Shown here piece after piece: positions 28,768 to 38,058 of a stretch of DNA of 64,000 nt. The DNA comes from Candidatus Vogelbacteria bacterium RIFOXYD1_FULL_46_19 (GTDB lineage: Bacteria; Patescibacteriota; Minisyncoccia; Phycocordibacterales; XYD1-FULL-46-19): NCBI GenBank assembly GCA_001824825.1, contig MHTK01000002.1, forward strand, positions 6,020-70,019, read 5' to 3'. How positions within the stretch are numbered: position 1 is the stretch's first letter; every line of letters begins with the position of its first letter. A program made the translations under genes and the position numbers. The notes under the pieces were generated by a model that saw nothing but the letters and a program-made list of their open reading frames with translations, did not search any database and was not told where the DNA came from.

Positions 28768-29356
28768 AAAATTAAATATTTATAAAGAAAAAATGCGCAG
28801 CTGGGCCAACAACCGCGCCGACCATAAACAGACCAGCTGGTGGCTGGCCCTTCTCTCTTTTTCCGAAAGCTCTTTTTTTCTAGTACCGCCAGATGTTTTT
28901 TTGATCGGGATTTTAATGACTAGTCGGCGTTTTGCCTACTACGCTTTTATTACTACTATTTCTTCCGTTTTAGGCGGGGCCTTTGGTTACTTGATCGGGA
29001 TATTCTTTTTTGACACCATCGGCCAAACTTTAGTCGACCTTTATGGCCTACAAGATGAAATGGCTAAAGTCGGACAGCTCTTTAACAATAACGCCCTTGT
29101 CGCTATTTTCCTGTCAGCTTTTACACCCATTCCCTACAAAATATTCACTATCTCGGCCGGCTTTTTCCATATTAACTTTATAATTTTTATGCTGGCCTCC
29201 CTCCTGGGCCGCGGTTTACGATTTTTCCTTGAAGCTTACGCGATGAAACTATGGGGTAAAACTGTAGGTAAAATGATTTACCACTACTTTAACTTATTTA
29301 CTTTCATTGTCGGGGCTTTGGTGGTTTTGGGTATTTTCTACTTTTACTACTTTTAA
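28760..29356 (+). CDS. YqaA/DedA (VTT domain) membrane protein
   Basis: ESSFFLVPPD, FTPIPYKIFTI, GRGLRF. Confidence 0.9.
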   Translation: MTEKLNIYKEKMRSWANNRADHKQTSWWLALLSFSESSFFLVPPDVFLIGILMTSRRFAYYAFITTISSVLGGAFGYLIGIFFFDTIGQTLVDLYGLQDEMAKVGQLFNNNALVAIFLSAFTPIPYKIFTISAGFFHINFIIFMLASLLGRGLRFFLEAYAMKLWGKTVGKMIYHYFNLFTFIVGALVVLGIFYFYYF

Positions 29357-29436
29357 CACTCACCACTCTACTGGCTACCGTTTTTAAATTTAGATATTGC
29401 AGTTGGTCAGCAAGTAAGGTATTTTAAGCGTATTCT

Positions 29437-29508
29437 GCCCTTGTAGTTCAATGGATAGAACAGCGGACTTCTAAGCCGTTAATGGGGGTTCGATTCCCTC
29501 CAGGGGCA
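29437..29508 (+). tRNA. tRNA-Arg(TCT)
   Basis: Cloverleaf; anticodon loop CTTCTAA; GGTTCGATTCC T-arm. Confidence 0.95.
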
Positions 29509-29940
29509 CAAAATAAAATTTCACAGGATTATATTCCTGTGAAATTTTATTTTGTGCCCCTGAGCAAGCAAACTGCTTGGCTTGCGTGAGGGAATCGAAA
29601 GACTTTTCGTTACCAAGCACCTGATAAAGGTGACTTGGTCGAAAAGTACCTGCCCGCCATCGCTATGCTCAGGCATTGGCAGGCGGGCCAGCGAGTGTAG
29701 CTCGAGATTCCCTCTAGAACTTGGCGTCCGGGAATCGAAGAAGCTGAGCTTGTCGCAACGAGGCTGTAGGCCGAAGTGAGACGCGAAGCCTGTACTGTTC
29801 CTGCTGTGCCCGCTAGAGCTTTAGCGTAAGCGGGTAATGAAAGATTCCCGATGTGTGTAAAGGAACCGAAAGACTTTTCGCTGCCGAAACTTATCGCAGT
29901 GAGCGTAGCGAAACGAGATGTGAAGCCTGTACCGTTTAGG
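29509..29940 (+). repeat. tRNA-Arg(TCT) mirror element with tandem second and third partial units and nested REP-like palindromes
   Basis: TGTGCCCCTG + hairpin + GAGGGAATCGAA; direct GATTCCCTC at 29706; CGGGAATCGAA...GATTCCCG at 29729-29850. Confidence 0.8.
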
Positions 29941-30220
29941 TTTTACTCTCCTTGGCTCGGAAATGAGAAATATTACTTTCTCATTTCACTCGCTCTACAT
30001 CAGCAATAAAAACGAAAGCCGCTTAGGGGTTAACCAAAGCGGCTGAATCACATTTGATGATATATAAACCAAGGTCGGACCTTGGGAAAGAAATTGGGGG
30101 CATTTGCTCTACATCCGCCGGTCCATCTGTTGCCAGATTTCGCTAACGGCCAAGGTGGGTCTCTTCCTGTTTCTAACGAAACAATCCGTAGCCACACTCA
30201 AGCAAATTTACACTCGCACA

Positions 30221-31396
30221 CTAACCTCGAACTTGCATTCTTTGGAATTCTCGCTTGAAGCCGTCATCAGGGTCGTCCACCTTGGATGAAGGTAGCTGAA
30301 TTACGGCCAGTTTGCCATTTCCGTCGGCTTTTTCTTCAATCCTCCTCTGCTCGCGCCGACGACGATTCCTTTCAAACTGTTGAGGTGATGCCGATTGCCA
30401 CACTCCTCGATCATCTTGGTAAACGACTTCTCCGTTCATTAGGGGATATTGATTACCCTCAGAGTCAGTATATACATGATCCTGCACCACAGTTTCCAAC
30501 TCTGCCAATTTTGCCATTTGTTCCTCCACCTCGACTTTCTTTGCTTCTAGTTCTTGGTGGAGGCGCAACTTTTCAGTTGCTATACGAGATGTTTCTTCTC
30601 TCCCTTCTCGCAGTTTTGAGTTAACATCCCGTAAGCGCTGGTGGGCAAGTTCTGTCACATGAACTCGGCTGAGTTTGGGTCGACCTGAGGACTGGTGATT
30701 CTCTGCTCCAAAGGAAGATTGCGCCGGTTCACGGCGCCACCAGGCCACCACTAGTAACGAAAGTACCAACAACAGCCAAACTAGGCCAGTGGTAAGATTT
30801 TGTTCAAACCAGCTTACCAGGCCGATCTTTTTTTGAACCGAAGCCGATTGTAGTTGCAACAGACTCAAGGCCTGCTCCAGTTTTCCATTAACTACTACCA
30901 TCTCCTCCTGGAGCTGTTGTATGTCGGCCATCCCTTTCGCGACAGCCGGAGTGAGTTTTTGAACCACACTAGCCGAGACTTGTTCAACCGACTCGTTACC
31001 AAGCGTAGTGCTCGTGGCATTTTGGAGACTCTCGATCATTTTCACAATCCGATCGAGTTTCTCAGGAATAACAGGGATGGGAGAAATCTCAACCTCGGCG
31101 GTAGGCACCGTGGCAACTACAAAGTCAGCTGGTACTGGCCGCTCGTACGTTCCTGCCAACATTTTGTAGAATGCCTTTTCGGCGTTCTTCATGTGATGCA
31201 GTTTAGCAAAAGCAACCTGGTACTCTTCGGGGTCTGGCCAAACCTCGCGAACAAGGTCATTGGCCTGATAATCTTGGATTACCCAGGGGCCTTGGCCCTG
31301 GACCATTTCAAACTCTCCGAGGCCAAGATCAGCCTCGGCGGTTACTGCTGTCGCCATGACCAGCAGCACCATTAGCATCCATGCGACGCGCTTCAT
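30221..31396 (-). CDS. hypothetical secreted/membrane coiled-coil protein
   Basis: Signal peptide at MKRVAW with GGAGGTG RBS; internal TM; C-terminal coiled coil. Confidence 0.75.
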   Translation of the reverse strand: MKRVAWMLMVLLVMATAVTAEADLGLGEFEMVQGQGPWVIQDYQANDLVREVWPDPEEYQVAFAKLHHMKNAEKAFYKMLAGTYERPVPADFVVATVPTAEVEISPIPVIPEKLDRIVKMIESLQNATSTTLGNESVEQVSASVVQKLTPAVAKGMADIQQLQEEMVVVNGKLEQALSLLQLQSASVQKKIGLVSWFEQNLTTGLVWLLLVLSLLVVAWWRREPAQSSFGAENHQSSGRPKLSRVHVTELAHQRLRDVNSKLREGREETSRIATEKLRLHQELEAKKVEVEEQMAKLAELETVVQDHVYTDSEGNQYPLMNGEVVYQDDRGVWQSASPQQFERNRRRREQRRIEEKADGNGKLAVIQLPSSKVDDPDDGFKREFQRMQVRG

Positions 31397-31575
31397 AGTA
31401 AGACACCTCCTTTCTATATCTTCCACCCAAAATCGATAATGTCTAAAACTACAGGTTTTAGACATAAGCTTCACATCATCTATGTGTAAAAGAACTCCGC
31501 TGTTACCAACGATTTCTACTTTAGAAACTTACATAAAATTAGAAATATGTCAATACCACACCAGACTACCCGTTA

Positions 31576-33015
31576 CTAGTCAAAGTCTAGGTTGTAGATC
31601 TCGCTAGTATAATCTCGGAGCTTATCCACGTCGCCCTTTAGAGCCTCCGAGCCCAGCACTACCACCCCCAGGCGCCTCTCCTCGCCATTTTCCGTCTTAA
31701 CCTTAAACATAAAGAGGCCAGTGTTCTGAGCCACATCGGTGAAACCGCTTTTGCCACCGATAAACCCGGGTTCCGTCTGAAAATTATTTTTATTACGGAG
31801 ACTAGCTAGTGCAAAAGACACTTGGCCAAAACTTGTGACCTTCCGACCCCGCGTAATATCTAAAAGCGGACGCCGATTATTCGCCAAATAGCGACCCAAG
31901 AGATAAAGATCCTGGGCCGACGATTGGTTGCCGTCCTCTAAACCGGACGGGTCACTATAAGTGGTCGAATTCATAAACAAATGTTTGGCCTTCTCATTCA
32001 TTAAAGTTAAAGTGTGGCCACGTCCTAAAAATTCACTCAAAACTTCCGCCGCATCATTGGACGACTCGGTTAGAAGTGGGTAAAACAACTCCACAATCCG
32101 GTAATTAACGCCAGCTAGGAGGCCACTGGTTTCCCCAAAACCTCGCTCTAACATAGTGTCGGTCACTAAAATATTTCGGCGCAAATCAATATGCTCAGCT
32201 ACCACCGTCGCGGTCATTAGTTTGGTAATCGAGGCTATCGGTCGGACAGTGGTGCTATCTTTATCAATTAATATTTCGCCAGAATCCAAATCAGCCACTA
32301 AGTAACTTTTAGCCGTTAGAGCCAAAGTGGGACGCGTCCGACTAGCTTTATATTTAAAATTATCGTCATAATCTAGGTCTACCACCAAAGCCGGTAAGCC
32401 CTTGGACACCTTGTTGAAAAAGGCTGGTGCGTCCGTATCGGATAATCTAATACAACCCCCGGAGACATCAGACACTATTTTCTCGCCACTAGCATAATAG
32501 GGCTCACCGTGGATGAAGTACTTGCCGTACAAGTGCACAGCCTGAGGCATATAAGCTTCGGCTGAAGCGGAAAAGGTGCGTTCGTTTTTATCCAATACTG
32601 AGTAAAGGCCGGCCGGTGTACCGCCCCAGCCCTGCGGATCACCGACCGCCATAATAGAAGTAGTGCCCACAGTGCCATTGGGACGAAAATGGTGAATTTG
32701 TTTGGTCGAAAAATTAACTTCAATAAACTCCACCCCCGATTCCAATAGTTCTTTTTTAGCCGTAGTAAAAGGACGAATAAAGCGTTCGGATGGTTCGGCA
32801 AAAATCGGGGCCATCGGTGCCGGCTGGTACTCAATATCCACAGCTGGAGTTGGGAAAGCGGTAGCCGCCAAACTCACCGAGGAAGAGACAGCCGTATAAT
32901 TTGAAACTTTAGCCACAATAGCCTCCGGCCCGTAATAAGCCACCGCTAAAGTCGCCGAGGCGGTAATTAAACTAACCAGTACAAAAAAGAGGGCCAGCCG
33001 TTCGAGGATTGTCAT
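31576..33015 (-). CDS. L,D-transpeptidase (YkuD) fused to D-Ala-D-Ala carboxypeptidase (S11)
   Basis: TPAGLY, IHG...SGGCIR; then SITK (SxxK), SSN and KSG motifs. Confidence 0.88.
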   Translation of the reverse strand: MTILERLALFFVLVSLITASATLAVAYYGPEAIVAKVSNYTAVSSSVSLAATAFPTPAVDIEYQPAPMAPIFAEPSERFIRPFTTAKKELLESGVEFIEVNFSTKQIHHFRPNGTVGTTSIMAVGDPQGWGGTPAGLYSVLDKNERTFSASAEAYMPQAVHLYGKYFIHGEPYYASGEKIVSDVSGGCIRLSDTDAPAFFNKVSKGLPALVVDLDYDDNFKYKASRTRPTLALTAKSYLVADLDSGEILIDKDSTTVRPIASITKLMTATVVAEHIDLRRNILVTDTMLERGFGETSGLLAGVNYRIVELFYPLLTESSNDAAEVLSEFLGRGHTLTLMNEKAKHLFMNSTTYSDPSGLEDGNQSSAQDLYLLGRYLANNRRPLLDITRGRKVTSFGQVSFALASLRNKNNFQTEPGFIGGKSGFTDVAQNTGLFMFKVKTENGEERRLGVVVLGSEALKGDVDKLRDYTSEIYNLDFD

Positions 33016-33169
33016 TTATTTAGAAAAAACCACTATCATATTTCCCATCATTATAATGCAAGTGTTTAATTATCTCAAAGTCATCCATTACCCGTGACAA
33101 AAAATTTTGGGCTAAAAAATGAACACTTTTTTATTGCGGTTGACCAGGGGCGTTGCTACAATGTAAATA

Positions 33170-33664
33170 ATGGAAGAGCAAAATTCATCACCAGAAAAAA
33201 GCACGAGCGGCCCCGCTACCGAGTGGCTAGATTACGAATACATTCACTACGAAAAAAGTTCTAATTGGTTTTGGATTGTGGGCTTGGCCGGACTCCTAGG
33301 CATCATTCTCTCAATCGTATTTAAGAACTTCCTCCTGGCCATCATTTTATTGATCGGCACTTTAACAGTCATGCTTTACGGGGCGCGGGTCCCAGAGCTG
33401 GTTCACTTTAGTATTACCAATCGAGGCATAAAAGCTAAAGATGACCTCTATCCATTCAAAGCCCTAAAATCCTTTTCCATTAAAGATGACGATTATCCCT
33501 TTAAACTAGTTATCGAATCCGATCGCTTGTTTATGCCCCACATTATCATCCCTTTAGGTGATGCAGAACCAGAAGAAATTAGAGCAATTTTAGCCAAATT
33601 CCTTCCAGAAGAGCCTTATGAAGAGTCTTTAATTGATATTTTAGCCGACAGTCTTGGGTTTTAA
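33170..33664 (+). CDS. hypothetical membrane protein (DUF5673-like)
   Basis: EYxxxEKSxNW, two TM segments, GIxxxxxxYPF. Confidence 0.75.
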   Translation: MEEQNSSPEKSTSGPATEWLDYEYIHYEKSSNWFWIVGLAGLLGIILSIVFKNFLLAIILLIGTLTVMLYGARVPELVHFSITNRGIKAKDDLYPFKALKSFSIKDDDYPFKLVIESDRLFMPHIIIPLGDAEPEEIRAILAKFLPEEPYEESLIDILADSLGF

Positions 33665-33706
33665 CTTAAAATGTGCTAGTTTTTTAGGGCTGATTAAGAA
33701 AAACGA

Positions 33707-33728
33707 TTTGCTCTCATAGTTCAATGGA
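33707..33728 (+). repeat. 22-bp duplicate of the tRNA-Arg(GCG) 5' end
   Basis: TTTGCTCTCATAGTTCAATGGA, identical at 33707 and 33824. Confidence 0.9.
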
Positions 33729-33826
33729 CCCCAAGTCAGATAGCTCACCAGTTCGCAAACCTGACGGGGCGAGATGTAGGCCAACAAAAGTTTCGGTATA
33801 ATTAAGTATAGGGTGTTTAACATTTT

Positions 33827-33898
33827 GCTCTCATAGTTCAATGGATAGAACGCTAGCTTGCGGAGCTGGTAATCCAGGTTCGAATCCTGGTGAGAGCA
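33827..33898 (+). tRNA. tRNA-Arg(GCG)
   Basis: Cloverleaf; CTAGC-TTGCGGA-GCTGG. Confidence 0.95.
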
Positions 33899-34073
33899 CA
33901 CGAATGAAATGGGTGGATCTGACCAGGATTCGAACTCGAAAGGGGTCGGGAAAACTGTAGTTTTCCCGTGGAGGAAGGCAGAGCGAAGCTCGTCGGAAAA
34001 CCGTCCGCGTGTCGCTGAAGCTTTAGCGGAGGCACAGGGTTTCCGAAAGGTGAGATTCCTGATGAGAGCACCA
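33899..34073 (+). repeat. tRNA-Arg(GCG) mirror element
   Basis: Antisense ACCAGGATTCGAAC at 33922-33935; direct GATTCCTGATGAGAGCACCA at 34054-34073. Confidence 0.75.
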
Positions 34074-34186
34074 CTCTATTCGTACAGTACCTAGACTAAA
34101 ATTTGGCGACGGCCAAATTTTGAGTCGAAAGAAAATCCTGGCAAGCCCCCCCTACCAGTAGCTAATTACCAACCTAGTAGGTAGCA

Positions 34187-34220
34187 AACAAAAAACCTGT
34201 CAGTGACAGGTTTTTTGTTG
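34187..34220 (-). terminator. intrinsic terminator after rpsT
   Basis: AACAAAAAACCTGTCA-G-TGACAGGTTTTTTGTT. Confidence 0.85.
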
Positions 34221-34238
34221 GAGTTTAAGTTTTTTAAT

Positions 34239-34514
34239 TTAGACGATCGCTTTAGCTTTCTTTATCATTTTAGCCAAACGTGACTTTTTGCGAGCGGCAG
34301 TATTTTTTTTGATTACTCCCCGCTTAGCCGCTTTGTCGATAGCTTGATAGGCAGCCGAGAGGCCCGCTTCGGCGCCGGCAACATCCTTATTAATAGTTAG
34401 TACTTTTTTAACAGATTTTACTTGTTCACGCATCGCTTTTTTGCGAGCATCGTTAAAAACTCGCTTGCGAGCACCTTTGCGCAATTCCTTTTTGGCTGAA
34501 GTCGTGATAGGCAT
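34239..34514 (-). CDS. rpsT: 30S ribosomal protein S20
   Basis: SAKK, IDKAAKRGVIKKNTAARKKSRL; start set at MPITT. Confidence 0.97.
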   Translation of the reverse strand: MPITTSAKKELRKGARKRVFNDARKKAMREQVKSVKKVLTINKDVAGAEAGLSAAYQAIDKAAKRGVIKKNTAARKKSRLAKMIKKAKAIV

Positions 34515-34651
34515 AGACAGAACGATACCGCATCTTCCGTGAAAATGCAAGGGTGGCTTAGAACAATATTATTGATCTTTATTAAGACTAAAGGAGTATT
34601 TGGTGGTTTTACCGGTTTAGCGGTCGATTCGGAACATGCTATGATTACCTT

Positions 34652-35233
34652 ATGATTGGCTACTTAAAAGGAGATGTCACACATTTTGACGACAAAATTG
34701 CCATTATTTCGGTAAGCGGCGTGGGTTACTCCGTCTATTTACCGGTTCACGTCTTAGTCGTGCTCGCCCTCGGTCAGTCGCTAAGCCTGTGGACACATCT
34801 AGCGGTACGAGAAGATGCGTTGGAGCTTTTTGGATTTACTGATCGGGAGGAACTAACCTACTTTAAACTCTTGATCGGCATTTCTGGCATCGGCCCCAAA
34901 AGCGCCTTAGCTATTCTGTCTCTGGCTCCGCCGACCACCTTAAGACAAGCTATTTTAACCAATAATACAGAGTATCTGACCAAAGTGTCAGGTATTGGCC
35001 GCAAAAGTGCCGAAAAAATTATTATCGAACTACGCGATAAACTAGGGTCTTTAGCTGACGGTGAAATAGGCTTACTGGATGCTGACAGTGATGTAGCGGC
35101 CGCCCTTTTGTCGCTTGGCTATCAGCCGAAGGAAATTCGTGAGGCCCTCAAAAATATATCTAACGATATAACCTCAACTGATAAAAAAATAAAAGAGGCC
35201 TTACGCTGGCTAAGCAGTGGTCGCAAAAGTTAA
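34652..35233 (+). CDS. ruvA: Holliday junction branch migration protein RuvA
   Basis: MIGYLKG, VREDALELFGF, SGIGPKSA, GIGRKSAEKIIIEL. Confidence 0.98.
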   Translation: MIGYLKGDVTHFDDKIAIISVSGVGYSVYLPVHVLVVLALGQSLSLWTHLAVREDALELFGFTDREELTYFKLLIGISGIGPKSALAILSLAPPTTLRQAILTNNTEYLTKVSGIGRKSAEKIIIELRDKLGSLADGEIGLLDADSDVAAALLSLGYQPKEIREALKNISNDITSTDKKIKEALRWLSSGRKS

Positions 35234-35239
35234 TTCACT

Positions 35240-36271
35240 ATGGGTCGCTTAACTATTTCAAATATTACAAATAACGAGCCGTGGCCAAATAAAGCTGAGG
35301 CCGAGGCACACTTTACCCAATCTGAGCTTTTTGGTCAGTGGCAAATTGAGCGCGGTTTTAAAGTACGCCGCTTGGTCTTAAAAGACAACGACCGGCCCAT
35401 ATTATGGTGGCAAGCCCTTACTGCTCCCCTAATAAGACGTCACACTCAAATCTATATTCCACACGGACCGATTGTTTTAGACCCCTCCGATTTGAACCCA
35501 ACTGTAATAAAGTTATTTAAAGAGGAACTCTTTAAACTGGCCCGAGAAGATAAAGCGGTCTTTGTCCGTCTTGATCCCCAAATCAAAGACTGGACCAAGA
35601 GTGCCCTAAACAAAAATGGCTTTAAGACCGCTCCGGCCTTTGCTGCCCACTCAACTCTAACCCAGCCTCGCTACGAGTGGATTATGGATTTAATCGGCAG
35701 TGAAACTGATTGGTTTAACCGTATGTCTAAAGACACACGCTACTCTATTCGTACCGCCCAGAAACGCGGCACGGTAACGGAAATCATTAACGAAAACTTA
35801 ACCAGTGAACTCAATAACTTTTACCAACTTGTCCTTGAGACCAGCAAGCGAAACAACTTCCGCCTTCACCCTAAGTCTTATTATGAAAAAGTTTTGAGTG
35901 AAACCAGCCGGAATCAGAGCGGCTTTATCGTGAAAGCCTCTTTCAACGGCATTCCCCTAGTCATGAACTTGATCACCACCGGTAGTCCCACCGCCCTTCA
36001 CGTTTTTGGTGGCTCGACGACCGTCCATCGTGACCAGCTAGCTTCCTACTTAGCTCACTGGGCCGGCTTTATTGAAGCCAAGCGCCAAGGAGCCACGACT
36101 TATAGTTTCGGCGGGATTAGTTTCGGTGAAGATCAAAATCCTTCCTGGGTGGACTTAACCGCTTTTAAACAAAAGTTCCCCGGCCACATCAAAGATTATG
36201 GCCCCTTGTATGATCTCCCTATTTCCAGGCTATGGTATTATGCCTATGTCACCGCAAAAAAATTCCGCTAA
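35240..36271 (+). CDS. FemAB/FemX-family peptidoglycan bridge aminoacyltransferase
   Basis: FTQSxxxG, YIPHGP, TRYSIRxAxKRG, FKQKF. Confidence 0.88.
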   Translation: MGRLTISNITNNEPWPNKAEAEAHFTQSELFGQWQIERGFKVRRLVLKDNDRPILWWQALTAPLIRRHTQIYIPHGPIVLDPSDLNPTVIKLFKEELFKLAREDKAVFVRLDPQIKDWTKSALNKNGFKTAPAFAAHSTLTQPRYEWIMDLIGSETDWFNRMSKDTRYSIRTAQKRGTVTEIINENLTSELNNFYQLVLETSKRNNFRLHPKSYYEKVLSETSRNQSGFIVKASFNGIPLVMNLITTGSPTALHVFGGSTTVHRDQLASYLAHWAGFIEAKRQGATTYSFGGISFGEDQNPSWVDLTAFKQKFPGHIKDYGPLYDLPISRLWYYAYVTAKKFR

Positions 36272-36274
36272 ATT

Positions 36275-37564
36275 ATGGGCCAACTTAAACTCCAACTAAA
36301 AAAAATTACCCCGACTTGGATGCTGTCACTGTACCATTATAAGATGTCCCTGGTGGGCGCCCTGCGTTATGGTTTCCCGTCGCGAAACATAAAAGTAGTG
36401 GGCGTCACCGGCACCAAGGGTAAGTCTAGCACTGTCGAAATTTTAAACGCTATTTTAGAAGAGGCCGAGTTTACTACCGCCTTAGTGTCAACAGTCCGGT
36501 TTAAAGTGGGAAATGACTCCGAGCCCAATCGGCTTAAAATGACCACCCCAGGACGTTTCTTTCTGCAAAAGAAAATTCGAGAAGCAGTAGAAGCCGGTTG
36601 TGACTATATTATTATCGAGATGAGTTCGGAAGGGGTTAAACAGTGGCGCCACAAATTTATTACCCTTAACGCTCTCTTGGTTACCAACTTGTCGCCCGAG
36701 CATATTGAATCGCATGGATCCTACGCCAACTACCGCGAAGCTAAACTAAAAATAGCCAAAGCTTTGACTCGCTCGTCGAAACCCCACAAAGTTTTAGTCA
36801 CCAATGGTGACGATCCAGAACTTGAGGTTTTTCGCCAGCTTAAAAATGTGACTCAAGTCTCCACTCACCTAGTAGATGCTAGCCCTCACACTCTGCTAGC
36901 CGACGGACTTTTCTTTACATATAAAAATCAAAAAATCCAAACCAAACTGGTGGGCGAATTTAATTTGTATAATATCTTACTCGCTGTCGCTTATGCCGAA
37001 CATGAAAATGTTGATTCGGAAAAAATAAAAAAGGCTTTAGAAAAATTTACTGGTGTCCCCGGCCGGCTAGAGCTTGTCACCAGCTCCGATCCAACTTTGG
37101 CCCGACGGCAAAATTTTAAAGTAATTGTCGACTACGCCCACACCGCCGACTCCCTGAAAAAAGTTTACGAGATTTATAAAGACCATAAAATAATTGCGGT
37201 ATTGGGCGGCACCGGTGGGGGGCGAGACCGGGACCGCCGAACTATCATGGGCGGCCTGGCCAACAAGTATGCGAGCTTAGTGATTGTGACGGATGAAGAC
37301 CCTTACGACGAAGACCCACGCCAAATTGCCGAGGCAGTGGCCACCGGCGTCACCAGTACCCCTAAAAAGATCATTATGGACCGACGAGAAGCTATCCGAG
37401 TAGCACTTAAAAGTGCTACAGGCGACTCGGTGGTGATAATTACCGGCAAGGGCACCGACCCTTATATTATGAGAGCGGGTGGTACCAAAGAACTGTGGAG
37501 CGACGCCGAGGTGGCACGGGAGGAGCTGGAGATGGTACTAAAAGAACGAAGTGAACAGAAATAG
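36275..37564 (+). CDS. murE: MurE-like UDP-MurNAc-tripeptide synthetase
   Basis: GVTGTKGKSST, EMSS, TNLSPEHI, VDYAHT, ITGKG. Confidence 0.85.
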   Translation: MGQLKLQLKKITPTWMLSLYHYKMSLVGALRYGFPSRNIKVVGVTGTKGKSSTVEILNAILEEAEFTTALVSTVRFKVGNDSEPNRLKMTTPGRFFLQKKIREAVEAGCDYIIIEMSSEGVKQWRHKFITLNALLVTNLSPEHIESHGSYANYREAKLKIAKALTRSSKPHKVLVTNGDDPELEVFRQLKNVTQVSTHLVDASPHTLLADGLFFTYKNQKIQTKLVGEFNLYNILLAVAYAEHENVDSEKIKKALEKFTGVPGRLELVTSSDPTLARRQNFKVIVDYAHTADSLKKVYEIYKDHKIIAVLGGTGGGRDRDRRTIMGGLANKYASLVIVTDEDPYDEDPRQIAEAVATGVTSTPKKIIMDRREAIRVALKSATGDSVVIITGKGTDPYIMRAGGTKELWSDAEVAREELEMVLKERSEQK

Positions 37565-37571
37565 CTTAGAT

Positions 37572-37726
37572 ACCCCGCCTCGCTTTTTACCTTTTCAATT
37601 TAAAGTAAGAGGTAACCCAGTGTGGTGTGGTAGAATTTTAGCCAACACGCTTCGCGCGTAACGTAAGGAATGGCCTATACGGCCCCGCGTGTTGAAAAAA
37701 TAATTAACAGTAAAAGCGAGGCGGGG
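37572..37726. repeat. 155-bp element bounded by inverted repeats
   Basis: CCCCGCCTCGCTTTT...AAAAGCGAGGCGGGG; internal CAACACGC/GCGTGTTG stem. Confidence 0.6.
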
Positions 37727-37766
37727 CGATGATTTTATAAAGCTCGCCTTCCCCGCTAAAAATTCA

Positions 37767-38055
37767 CCCTGTTTAGTAAACTTTAAATTTTTTCAAAAAT
37801 ATTATGTACTTTACATACGTTCTCCAATCTCAACTGGATAAAAAATTTTACACAGGTTTTACAAAAAATTTAAAGTTAAGATTTGACGATCACTGTGATG
37901 GTTTAGTAAATTCTACTAGCAGTAGACGACCCTTAAAACTAATTTATTATGAGGCTTGTTTGAATCAACATGACGCTACCTATAGAGAAAAATATTTAAA
38001 AACCACATATGGAAAACGTTTTATTAGAAATAGAGTCAAATCTTACTTAACAGGG
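37767..38055 (+). mobile_element. GIY-YIG mini-element with terminal inverted repeats
   Basis: CCCTGTTTAGTAA...TTACTTAACAGGG (12/13 match) enclosing the nuclease ORF. Confidence 0.55.
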
Positions 38056-38058
38056 TAA
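37804..38058 (+). CDS. small GIY-YIG nuclease
   Basis: YVLQS...YTGFTKNLKLRFxxH...LIYYEA...REKYLK. Confidence 0.92.
   Translation: MYFTYVLQSQLDKKFYTGFTKNLKLRFDDHCDGLVNSTSSRRPLKLIYYEACLNQHDATYREKYLKTTYGKRFIRNRVKSYLTG

Noticed and set aside
29509-29940. CRISPR array
   Set aside because: No regularly spaced identical repeats and no cas genes in the window
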